DNA of 64,000 nucleotides. Source: Eledone cirrhosa (taxonomy: Eukaryota). This document shows, in pieces, positions 10,471 to 21,459 of the stretch; position 1 is the first letter of the stretch; each line of letters begins with the position of its first letter. The DNA lies in NCBI GenBank assembly GCA_964016885.1, contig OZ024742.1, positions 95,356,001 through 95,420,000 of the forward strand, written 5' to 3'. Both the position numbers and the translations under genes were made by a program. The notes under the pieces are model-generated. The model saw only the letters and a list, made by a program, of their open reading frames with translations, did not search any database and was not told where the DNA came from.

Positions 10471-11450
10471 GAAAAATGATAGGCTGTGCTGCCAGAATGA
10501 ATTAAAAGCTGGATGTCAATGGTAACACAGTAGGATCCATCCTTTTCTCATGTAGAACTTGTTCAAGGGGATTGATGGGTGGGATCGTCAGACTATTAGA
10601 TGTGATTCCTTGTTATCTGTTCCCGGTCTGTGCATTCAGAGTTCAAACATCTTCCCCAGTCACCAGAAAATTGGTTGAATAAAACTTATGTCTACAAAAC
10701 ATATAGACATAAAGAATTACAAAATATCAGATGTAAAATATATAAACAGATTAAAGAAAAACAAAATGAATAAATATTAATATATATTAACGAAATACAA
10801 ATTATCTAGGAATAATGTAATAAAATCGTCAACTTGAAATAAAAAAAAATAAAAATGTAATTTTAAAAGAAAGATGAATTATGAATATAACAAACATTAA
10901 AAAGTATATACACCAACACATATGGTTAAAATTATAAAGAACAAGTCAAAATAATAACATTAAAATATCATATACTATGAAATATATTTAAACAATAATC
11001 TATATTTAAACAAATTTTTTCAGACAATATGATTGAAAAAAGAAAAACAGAAATTATCTTTTAAAAAGTCTAGCAGTATCACATGAATTATATTTCAACA
11101 GATATAATATAGAATAAGTAATGTTATTAGTGAAGAATTAAAATACTTTAAAATTGGTTAAATTTTATTATGAACTTCAATGGAATTAATATCTTAAAAA
11201 TAGAAAGATAGAAGACAAAACCAAATAACTGGAATGTAAGTGTGAACCATCTATCATCTAGAAGACTTGAAGAATAATGATAAATATTCTCAGACTTTAC
11301 ACTTTTAATACTTTTGATAATCAACCAACTGAAACCGACCTTCATCATCATCATTTTAGGTCTGCTTTCTATGATATAACACATTTAGCATTAAAGTGTT
11401 TATATTTATCAAAAAACCTTACATCATAATTTTATTTAAGAACCTGTAAG

Positions 11451-11925
11451 TTATGCTCGAAACGCCAGGTTAATGATAAGAAAATTAGTCCTTTTAATAA
11501 ACCCCTTCAAATTCCTGATCAATTTTCAAATTATTTAAAAGTAACAGTCATGTTTTTCATTAGAAATATGGTAATAAAAAGGATTATATTCATTGGAGGT
11601 GATGAAATAACAGGCATGAGAGTATATGACAGATTACCTTCTGGTATTTGTTCCAGCTCTCTCCACCAGGTTAATAATGAGCAAGTTAATTATGTTACTA
11701 AATCCTTCCAAATTCTTGATCATTCTAAAAATTATTTGAAAATTATTGACAATAATTTTCATCAGTAACATCATAATGAAAGGATTAAATTATGCTCCGA
11801 ACACCAAATTAATCTCGAAAAAGCAAGTTATACTACTAAATCCCTCTAAATTCTCAAATATTTTCAAAATTATTTGAAAATCATTCACAGTGTTTCTTAT
11901 TGGAGACCTGATAATGAAAATGTTG
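11451..11925 (+). repeat. Three diverged tandem copies of the right arm of the TTAA MITE family
   Basis: Recurring CCAGGTTAAT...AAATCCTTCAAATTC...AATTATTT...TTCATTAGAAATATGGTAAT-like blocks; related copies at ~15520-15672, ~31630-31872, ~59760-59890. Confidence 0.6.
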
Positions 11926-12504
11926 ACATTCATTGTTAGTAGATGTGTTACAATGTAGAATAAAATGCCTTGCAGTATTTGTTTTGGCTTTCTCCACTCT
12001 GAGCTCAAATCCTGCCATGGTTTGGTTAACTTTGCTATTCAACTATTCAGGCTCAATAAAATACCTGTCCAGAAGAGTGAAATGAGAGAATTCTTAGAAT
12101 ATAGGGGCAAATGTCCTGTCATATTTGCTCCACCTTTCTGTACTCAAAATTCAAATCCTGCTGAGGCCAGCCTTGTTTCTCATCCTATCAGGGTTGATAA
12201 AATGAAACACTATGTATAATTTGTTTCAGCTCTTTGCATTTTGAGTTTAAATCCATTTGTGGTAGATTATGAAATAAAATCAATTATATTTCAACAGATA
12301 TAATGGAGAACAAGTAATATAATTACTGTAGGATTAAAGAACACACTAGAATTGGTTACATTTTATTATGAACTACAATAGAATTTATGTTTCAATAATA
12401 GAAAGATGGAGAACAGAACAAAATGACTGTAATAAAAGTGTGAAAGGTATATAATATAAAGGAGTTGAAGAATTATGGTAAATCTTTCAAGCTTCATAAA
12501 TAGT

Positions 12505-12653
12505 TGCAGGCATGGATGTGTGGTAAAGGAATTCTTCTCAAAACCATGTGATTTGATGTTGTTTCACTGTATGGGAACTTGGGAAATTGTCTTCCAGTAT
12601 AGCCTTGGTTTGACCATTGCTTTGCAAATGAAATTTGGTAAATGGAAGTTGTT

Positions 12654-12684
<31 letters not shown>

Positions 12685-12880
12685 TGTGTGTGTGTGTATG
12701 TGTCTATGTTTACTGCTTGCTTGTGTCTTGTAACATAGTGATTGGAGGATAGGAAATCAATAATATAAGGACTAAACTTGAAAATATAAATACTAGGATC
12801 GATAGGATCTACTAAATCTCTTCAATGTGGTGCCAGAGTATGGCAACAAACTAAAGACTGAAATGAGGAAAAGAATAAAA
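12505..12880 (+). mobile_element. tRNA-headed SINE with internal (TA)/(TG) microsatellite (family C)
   Basis: Head GCAGGCATGGATGTGTGGTAA...CTTGGGAAATTGTCTTC, microsatellite, tail GTGGTGCCAGAGTATGGC...GACTGAAA. Related copies at 27848-28190 and 57380-57555. Confidence 0.6.
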
Positions 12881-13349
12881 CAAATGTGTTTACACGAGTT
12901 ATGTTAAAGAAATATGTGAATTTAATTTTTTCTCATCAGAAGTAATCATGTTTGAGAGACAAAACTGTACAAAGTGGAGCTGCTTACATTCATGTACATG
13001 TGTGGTTTTTGTTGAGCTTGCTAAATGGATCAGTTACTTTCTTTATATTTTTCATGGATATATATCAAAACCCACAAATCCAATATTTTTGTATAACCAT
13101 TGCATTTGAGAAAGTTGTTCCACCAAATTGCACTGACAATCTCTTGTCACTCTCACTGTCAAACATGTAAGGGACAAGTGATTCAGAGGTTGGAATTCTA
13201 TAACCAACAACACTATTATTTTCCAAATGCAATATAATATAAAATCATTAAGTTCCAAGCAACACTGAAGATGTTATTGTGTCTTTGAACATCTAAAGAG
13301 ACCAAACAAATAGCTTAGCGAACTCTTGAGTTGTGTGAAGGTCATTGAA

Positions 13350-13720
13350 ACTTCTCTAGTGCTGGTGCTGCAATATAATTTACCTAGTAGGCTCTGTAAA
13401 ATGGCTGGTGTTAGGAAGGGTATCTAGCTGTATAAACAATGCCAAACAAATGGTTAAGAGGAAATTTCCGTTATATCAAGGACATCACAAACATTCTATT
13501 GCTGGTGCCACAATAAAATGTACCCACTACACTCTGTAAAATGGTTGATGTTTGATAGGGCAGGTAATCTTAAAAACCTGACCAAACAAAGTGTTGGGAG
13601 AATTCATTTGTTGTGGAAGGACATGATAACTCCTTTAGTGTTGGTGTCAAGAAAAAATGTATTAAGTATACTCTGTAAAGTGGTTGGACATTCAACTATA
13701 AAAAGCATGTCCAAACCAAA
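13350..13720 (+). repeat. Three diverged ~140-bp tandem units derived from the RTE 5'UTR motif
   Basis: Each unit reads roughly TAGTGCTGGTG...CTCTGTAAAATGG...CCAAAC; the first retains GGTGTTAGGAAGGG and matches the reverse complement of 7060-7137. Confidence 0.65.
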
Positions 13721-14014
13721 GTGTTTGTAAGTGGGATGTGGCATCCAATCCTTCTGAGTAGTCAGCAGCTTCAATTAAGAACTGATTTTGTCTGTATATA
13801 AGGACATTTAAGAAATCTAAAATAGGAATTTATAATAAATGGGACTTAGAAGACTACTGTAGCATTTTTACTAATCCTCATTCTTATTCTTCAGTTACTC
13901 ATCAATTCTGAACCCTAGGGAGTTTTTATTGAACAGTATCATATAAGAGTTTTCTTTCGAACTACTATAACATCTATAGTTCCAATATATGTAGGACCCA
14001 CATTTTTCTAGTAG

Positions 14015-14292
14015 TTCTGATGTGTGTTCCAGTTGTTTGATCAACAGAACAGTTTGCTTGTGAAATTAATGTGTAAGAGGCTAAACATTCCATACAGAGT
14101 ATTTAATTCTCTGGGAAATACAACCTTCACAGTGTGACAAAACTGGCTTTCTGAAGTACTGGCACAACTAATTTTTTCTGGTTGATTGGGATGTAGCACA
14201 TATCCTGCTGAAGGACACACTGCACCTCTTAGAATTAAACTCAGAACCTTATGATTGTGAGCTGAACACCCTAATCATTAAGCCATATGCCT
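14015..14292 (-). mobile_element. tRNA/CORE-like SINE with a different tail (family D)
   Basis: Head like family A, tail with TTAATTTCACAAGCAAACTGTTCTGTTGATCA. Related pieces at 16400-16520 (+), 17985-18205 (-), 59000-59295 (+). Confidence 0.55.
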
Positions 14293-14383
14293 TTTACCAC
14301 AGTAAAATCATATGGATTAGGGTGCTCTAATCTGTACTTTACAGCTACCTCAATATTTTCTGTTTTATTAAATATACTGAATC

Positions 14384-14547
14384 TGTTGTACTTTGGGAGT
14401 GTCATGCTACCATCAAAAACACATGAACCTGTTGAGTTACACTTCTGTTTAATTATTTAGGCAATAAATCATCAATCAGTTGATTCATCAACTAATTAAT
14501 TAATTGTGAAAGTCCTTTCATCATAGCATGGGACCTTATCAACAACT
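14384..14547 (-). mobile_element. Solo relic of the Penelope-like pseudo-LTR
   Basis: TGTTGTACTTTGGGAGTGTCATG...AAACACA matches 7616 onward; decayed hammerhead TTGATAAGGTC...GATGAAAGGACT on the minus strand. Confidence 0.55.
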
Positions 14548-15090
14548 ATTGCTCTCTGTCTCATCTTCATCAACACTTACTCCATCTTTTCTATCTACTG
14601 AATCTATATGTCACCTAAACTTTTTATCACTACTTTATCGTCAGTTCCAATAACTATTCTTAACCTATACTTCATCTGAACTAATTCCATGAAATCTATA
14701 AGCCATAGCACTACATATTCTAAAATTGGAATGATACAGAGATTGAAATAGCTTCTGTGCAAAGATGACACATTACTTCGTGAAGTGTTTTGCATTTTCA
14801 CTTACTAGCAATCAAACATTCATATGATTCCTTAGCATACTAGAAATAGCAGCTCAAATCCCTCTAAAATCATATTCTAACATCTTTAAAAAACATTAAG
14901 GATAACATGACATCTTTAAGAAAATCTAAAGTTTACTAAAAATGGATAAAATGTTTATGGTTGGAATACCTTTGATCATATGTTTACTTGATCAGGACTG
15001 ACTGGAGATCAAAGCACAAGAACAATAATATCCATACAATGTTTATTTCATTGCATTCTGTCATCTCTACTGTTTTTCCTTCCCTTTGAC

Positions 15091-15091
<1 letters not shown>

Positions 15092-15125
<34 letters not shown>

Positions 15126-15400
15126 TTTACGTCCACTTTTCCCTGCTTGCAAAGGTGGGACGGGAACTGATTCTGGCTTGATTTCTACAGCTGGATGCCC
15201 TTCCTAACACCAACCTCATTTACAGTGAGTGCTGGGTGCTTTTTGCCGTGGCACCTCCACGACCACTTTGCAGTGGAATGATAGGGACCCCAGTCCCTAT
15301 CATCTCATTTCTACAGCTGAGTAAACTGGAGCAATGTGAAATAAAGTGTCTTGCTCAAGGAAACAACACATCACCCAGTCTGAGAATTGAACTCACAACT
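15092..15400 (-). mobile_element. SINE family A copy, 5'-truncated within the tRNA head
   Basis: Near-identical to 685-975; the 16-mer GAACTCACAACTTCAT is tandemly duplicated at the truncation point (15389-15420). Confidence 0.85.
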
Positions 15401-15894
15401 TCATGAACTCACAACTTCATGAAACAAAATTACCTAAAATTGACCCTGGTTCAGTGATTGAAAACTATTTATTTTAGAGTGTTTATGTTTGTCTAAAAAC
15501 CTTCCAGCATAATTTTGTGTAAGAATAATTGATAAATTATGTTTCAAACACCAGATTAATAATAAGGATGATAGTTATATCATTAAATCGCTTCAAGTTC
15601 TTGGTTATTTTCATAACTATTTGATATGATAGGCAGTGTTTTACATTAGATATACAGGAAGCGAAAAGTTAATACTTCAACATAATTATTCTTTCCCAAA
15701 CATGCAGTTTGAAAAGGTAAGTGACTGAAACATAATTCCTAACTAGTAGTTTAGATTCTCATGTGGTGTTTACAGTCTACTAGTCTGGCTGAAACACAAT
15801 TCCTGGCCAGGTATCTGGTTTATACAATTAAGAAGTATATGATGTATGAAATCTAGAATAAAATATATTTGGACTCATATAGAATATATTTATG

Positions 15895-16285
15895 TATAAG
15901 AAACTAAATTTGAAAGATCTAAAAGTAAACTTACCAAAGACTAAAGTCTTAATAAGTAGGAAAGAGGACAGGAGGGTGATAACATCAGGGATGTGGCCCT
16001 GTTCTATATGTCAGAAAAAGGTGGGCAGAAATTCCATAAGGCGCAGACAATATAATTTATAGATTCACAAGAGTTGTAGTAGGATTACAAGCAGGCTAAC
16101 AGAAAAGATTGGCATTGTATGTAGCAGATGGACAGGAGAAATAAACATTAAGAATACACGTGAAATTAATATATTCAGTTGCTAGGGGAACTCCATAGAA
16201 GTTGCTGATAGCGTTTGTTACCTAGGTAATCAAATTAGCAGTGGGGGAAGATTCTCTGAAAGTGGGATAGCTGGATAACAACAGG
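15895..16285 (+). pseudogene. RTE RT fragment including the PHD-like insert
   Basis: LKVNLPKTKVLISRKED...GMWPCSICQK...HKSCS...CYLG. Confidence 0.8.
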
Positions 16286-16875
16286 TCTCATACTAGATCA
16301 CATTGTTTGACATCTTGGGGAATTGTCATTTAGTACAGTCTCAGGTTGACCTTGTGAGCAAAATTGGTTTGAGAACTCATCAGATTGATACTGACTGTAA
16401 TTCAAAAGGTCAGCCTTGTCAGACTCAAAATCATGCTGAATCTCTCTGAGAATTATGTTAAAGGTACACATACCTGTGGAATGCTCAGCCACTGACACAT
16501 TATTTCATAAGCAGGCTGGAACACATACCTTTGAAATTTATGGAGATCCATTCCAATACTGTCTGTTTGTAAACTACTTCACTCTATCTATATTTCCTCC
16601 AGGTTAGTAAAATTGTTTGCATGAGGTATAGATCTAACACAAATCTTGGCTATGTGTGTGGAGACTTCATATCTACTAGTCTGGCTGTAACATAGTTCTT
16701 GCTGGTTGTGTGAAGTCTGGCTGTTGTAATACAATCATTTTTCTCTCTCTGTAAAGTGAGGCCTTGTTATGTAAGAAATCAAAATCATTTAAAAGAAAGT
16801 CGCTTTTGTCAGTGAATGGCAGTGAATTTATTCTACCTATTTCTTTTCCCCGCTAGTGGTGCAAACGTGTACAGT

Positions 16876-16892
16876 ACATATATATATATATG

Positions 16893-16948
<56 letters not shown>

Positions 16949-17162
16949 GGTGAAAGGGGAGAGGAGGAATAATATTTTCATAGAAATCTATTAAAGAAGG
17001 ACATGAATATTTCAAGCAATGCTCTTAACGTGCTTATCTTGCCTTCGAGCAGGTTAAATGAAGCTATTCGTGTAGCAATGTATGAGAGATAGGAATATAG
17101 ATAGAGAGAGAGAGAAAGTGATGTAAAGATAGGGGTGAGGGAAGAAATAATACCTATTTATG

Positions 17163-17195
<33 letters not shown>

Positions 17196-17400
17196 ATAAA
17201 TATACATTCACACACACACACACATATATATATATACACATAGACTGACATACACACACACATGTATATATATATATACATATACATATACATACAATGT
17301 CAGGCCATTTATACACATATACATGCAGTCTCACACACAGACATGTACTTAATCTCACACGCATGCACATGCATATACACACATACATACATACACACAT
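16876..17400. repeat. Compound (TA)/(TG)/(CA) microsatellite cluster
   Basis: Direct reading. Confidence 0.9.
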
Positions 17401-18242
17401 TATGATTTCTTCTCTATTCACATAATCACAAAGGTTTTTCACCATTCACGTAATTTCTTAACTGAATTTTAAGACGAAATATTTGCTTCAACTGCTGGAA
17501 GGAAAGGAATAATGTGTAGGGAAAGATATATGAATGTTTAATCCTAAACCATAACTAACTTAGAAGATTCTAAAATTTACTACAAACCAACCAGATAAGT
17601 TGCCAATGAAAGAAGAGAAGAGAGATAATAATAAGCACAGGAATAATTTCCAGTGAAGTTTATTCAAATCCATTCTGCTGACCATTTTGTATGGTCAATT
17701 TAATCCAATGTTCTTAGTTGGTATACCAATGTTTATAGTAGTAGCATTGCTATTGAAATTCTTAATACTTAGAAATCTTTCGTCCATTACTTTCCTTTTC
17801 TAAGAGAGCAAATGGCACCAGCACCGATATCAGATTGTCAGGTTTTCTGAGTTATCGACATATTCTTCTTGAATACTCAGTTATGTTGTAAGTTATCTAC
17901 TTAAACTCATAATTACACAATACTGTGTGTGTGTTAGTGTATGTATGTGTGTGTGTGTGTGAGTGTATGTATGTGTGTGTGTTCGACCTCCATTGGTTCC
18001 TATAATGAGTGTTCCAGTGATATGTGTATCTTTAATGTAGTTGTCAGGGTGATTCAGTTAGATACAGTATCTGCCATGGTTGGCTCTTTAAGTAAAGGTA
18101 CAATTTATTTACTTTTTTTTTGCAGCTAGTGGAATGGAGCAACATGAAATAAAGTATCTTTTTAAAGGACACAATGCCTTGTTGAGAAACAAACTCACAA
18201 CCTTAACAAACAACATACATGTTAATGATGATTATATATATA

Positions 18243-18500
18243 TATCATCATCGTATGTCTATTTTCCACACTTGCATGGTCCAGATGGGTTGTCACACAG
18301 AAGCTAGACAAGCAGTTCACATGAATGAGTTTTGTTCAAATGTTCCATTGTTGCATGGTTTCTATTGATAGGTGCCCTTTCTAATGCCAACCACTTCATG
18401 GTATGTAGCAATTTGTTTTCTCATGGTTCCACTACTACCATTCTACAGAGTAGTTTAAGTGTTTTTTTCATGGAATCAGCACTATCACTTTACAAAATTT
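18243..18500 (-). mobile_element. Old RTE-tail non-autonomous element
   Basis: (CAT)n + TTCCACACTTGCATGG + GGTGCCCTTTCTAATGCCAACCAC. Similar relics at 29125-29345 (-), 29375-29565 (+), 37958-38002 (-), 57607-57870 (-), 58789-58926 (-). Confidence 0.6.
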
Positions 18501-18977
18501 GAGGATAAATTTGGCAATGTTAGTTGGGAGGAGTTTTAGGCCATAGTCTAGGAGTGGCAGAGATGGAGTGTGCAAGCAGCATCTCATAGTACAGTAAAGG
18601 TGCATCTGCTTTTGTGTACAAGTCACAGATGTAAGTGGGAGGGGAGACTAGAAGGGTAGAAGACTATGGTAGTGCAGAACAAGTGTGTGAGGCAGATTAG
18701 GTAGGAGGAGTAACTACTGAAGATGAGGGTTGATGAATGGGGCAACCTAATAGTTATTACATCATTCTGCCTTTTATGTCCATATTCCTAATGCTCATGG
18801 AGAAAGGGATGTGAAAGAAGGAACGCCTAGATGGGTGCAAAACTAGGTGAGGGATTAGATAATAGGGAGGGGGAGGGTAACTGTTACATCTTTATGCCTT
18901 TCATTTGAGTCTTCTGCATATTGTCAGCCTGCCTGAGATCACACTACATATTTTGTGCACCTATAGCTTATATTAAG

Positions 18978-19046
<69 letters not shown>

Positions 19047-19492
19047 CACTTAAGGGGACAAGTTGAATATATATCATACATACCACATCATTGCTAGACC
19101 GCATGGTGAACAATGTGCTGCATCGCTGAATTACGGTATTAATAAATCCCACTTAATGTATTAGGACAATATGTCAGGCTTATATTGACACGAGAAATAG
19201 CATCCCAAACCGTCTAAATCAGCTCAATAATGATAGAGCAGTCAATAGTAATTTATAATTTTATAATGTTAACAGTCTCTAATACATAAACATCTCAATG
19301 AAAAGATAAGGTATATTAATACTACTCAGAGAAGAATCAAAATATTTTAAACTTAAACCAAAATCTCATTTGGGGGAGATATATGCTAAATCATCTAAAA
19401 TAAGTCAGTTTTTACTTATATAATACCCCGCCCTTGATTTCTGAAACTCACGAAACAACATAGAAAATTCCAACACATTGGAGTAACCAATA

Positions 19493-19680
19493 GGGTTGGC
19501 AGTATCAGTAGAGGGTCGGATGCCATGCTTTGCAGCAAAGAGTTACGGCCCTTGCCATTCTGAGTTCAAATCCCGCCGAGGTTAACTTTGCCTTTCTTCC
19601 TTACGGGGTCGATAAAATAAAGTACCAGTAATACACTGGGATAATTGCTGGCCTTGTGCCAAAAGTAGAAACAAATATTA
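19493..19680 (+). mobile_element. Short ~190-bp tRNA-derived SINE (family B)
   Basis: TGGCAGTATCAGTAG A-box-like, GAGTTCAAATCC B-box, middle GCCTTTCWTCCTTACGGGGTCGATAAAAT, end GGCCTTGTGCCAAAAGTAGAAACAA; at least ten related copies in the window. Confidence 0.85.
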
Positions 19681-19920
19681 GAAGAATTTCAGTTCGTTCA
19701 TCAGGATGTGAATTCTTTTTTAGGAATAAGGAGACAAGTTGAATGTATATCATACATACCATATCGTTACTAGAAGGCATGTGTTCCATCTCTGGATTTC
19801 TGTATGAATATGCAGTCTAGCAATGACATGATATGTGTGAGGTTGATGTTGTTACAGTTCACACCTATGTATGTTTAATTGCCCCCATATGAGGTTGTTG
19901 TAACTGCTCATATGTAAGTA

Positions 19921-21459
19921 TGAGATACACTCAAAAGATTTTGAGACTTTTATCAAAGAGACATTTATTTAACTCAGATCGACACACCATTCTAGTCTCC
20001 CTCAATGTAGGATCCTCCAACTTCAGTGCACTTGTTGTAGCACTCCAGCCCATCCACTTTTGGAAAACTCCCTTGTAATCTTCCAAAGTGAAGGTGTCGA
20101 GGGCACTTGTCACAGCCTCCTTCATATCTTCCACATCTTCAAAGCAGATATCCCTGAAATTCTCCTTCAGCTTAGGGAACATCCAGAAGTCACAGAGAGC
20201 TATGTCTGGACTGTATGGATGATGGGGAACACTTGTGAACCCCATACCAGTCAAGTAGTTGGTCACCAGGATGGATTTGTGGCAGGGAGCATTGTTCTGG
20301 AGCAGGTGTCACCAACTTGACTTGAAAAGTTTTGGTTTCTTGCAACAAAATCTTTTTCTGAACTGCCCCAGATCCGCTACATAATACACTTCATAAACTA
20401 TCTGGCCATGGTGTACCCAGTGGATGTAGATGATGCCCTTTGTATCAAAGAGTAGGATCATTATGAGCATGTTTTGTCTGGCCTTCTTTGGTGTTAGGGA
20501 GTCAACATGTTTTCACTGGGCACACTGTGTCTTGATCTCATAACAATAGACCCAGCTCTCACCACAAATTAGCAGAGATTCAAGGACATTAGGATTCAAA
20601 GCGATCCACTCAACCATCTCCCAGCTGTCATCAACATGCCTCTGCCATTGATCTTCATTGAGCACCCCGGGAACAAACTTTGCATATGTTCAGATCGTCA
20701 GGAAGGACTCTGTGCACAGTGCCTTCAGCCACTTTCAATTGTTTAGCAATTGTCGGAAGAGATGCACGGTTCTCATCTAGAAATTTGCATATTATGATGA
20801 CCAACTTCGACGTCCTGATATCCCTCTCCCTGCCAAACTTCTCTTCATCCCTCACCTGCTCCCTGCCCTCCCGGAACCTCTTGTGCCAATGAAAAACTGT
20901 CGCCTGGCTCATGAAAGTTAGTCCATAAGCAGTTTTGACCATTTCATAGGTTTTTGCACCGTTTTTGCCAAGTTTAATCCTTTAATGTTCAAACCGGCCA
21001 AAACCGGCCAGAATTCTCTACCTTTTTCTGTTGAAACTGGCTGTAACTGGTCACACAAACTGATGTTAAGGTATTATTCTCAAAATAAATACTTTCAAAA
21101 TCTCATAGATTCGATATTATGTGAGATAATTATGTGAGTTAAAGCATTTACCATGAAAATACAATAGTATATATAGAGTAATGTGAATGCTAAAGGGTTA
21201 ACCTAAACCTTTATTGCATATCAAGCCTTCAAGTTGTTTTCACATCCTGATTGCATTGTGGAACAAGTCAGCTGTAACAAGACTTGTATGAGAGGTAATG
21301 CTTAAAATATTGTAGTAGTCTGAACCTTCAACCCGGAAAAAAAGATTTGGTATGTTAGCTTATTATAACCATATTCGGAAGGTGTTTCAGTGACTGTTAC
21401 ATAAGTCAATTAAAAGTGCCTGAAAAGAAAAAGTCTCAAAACTTCTTTAGTTACCCTCA
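19921..21459 (-). mobile_element. Full-length decayed mariner (Tc1/mariner) transposon with TA target duplication
   Basis: TIRs TGAGATACACTCAAAAGATTTTGAGACTTT and AAAGTCTCAAAACTTCTTTAGTTACCCTCA, each flanked by TA. Transposase remnants YAIK.xVKLGK, KFVP, GESWVYCY, QNNA, HHPYSPDIALCDFWMFPKLK. About 1.3 kb once the internal MITE is removed. Confidence 0.92.
20974..21201. mobile_element. TTAA-flanked MITE inserted in the mariner transposase 5' region
   Basis: TTAA-TCCTTTAATGTTCA ... TGAATGCTAAAGGG-TTAA; removing it restores the transposase frame (VKLGKNGAKTYEMVKTAYG). Confidence 0.8.

Noticed and set aside
19601-19789. Recurrent peptide VSTFGTRPA...YWYFILSTP in several short ORFs, suggesting a gene family
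   Set aside because: It is the antisense translation of SINE family B and appears wherever that SINE lies.
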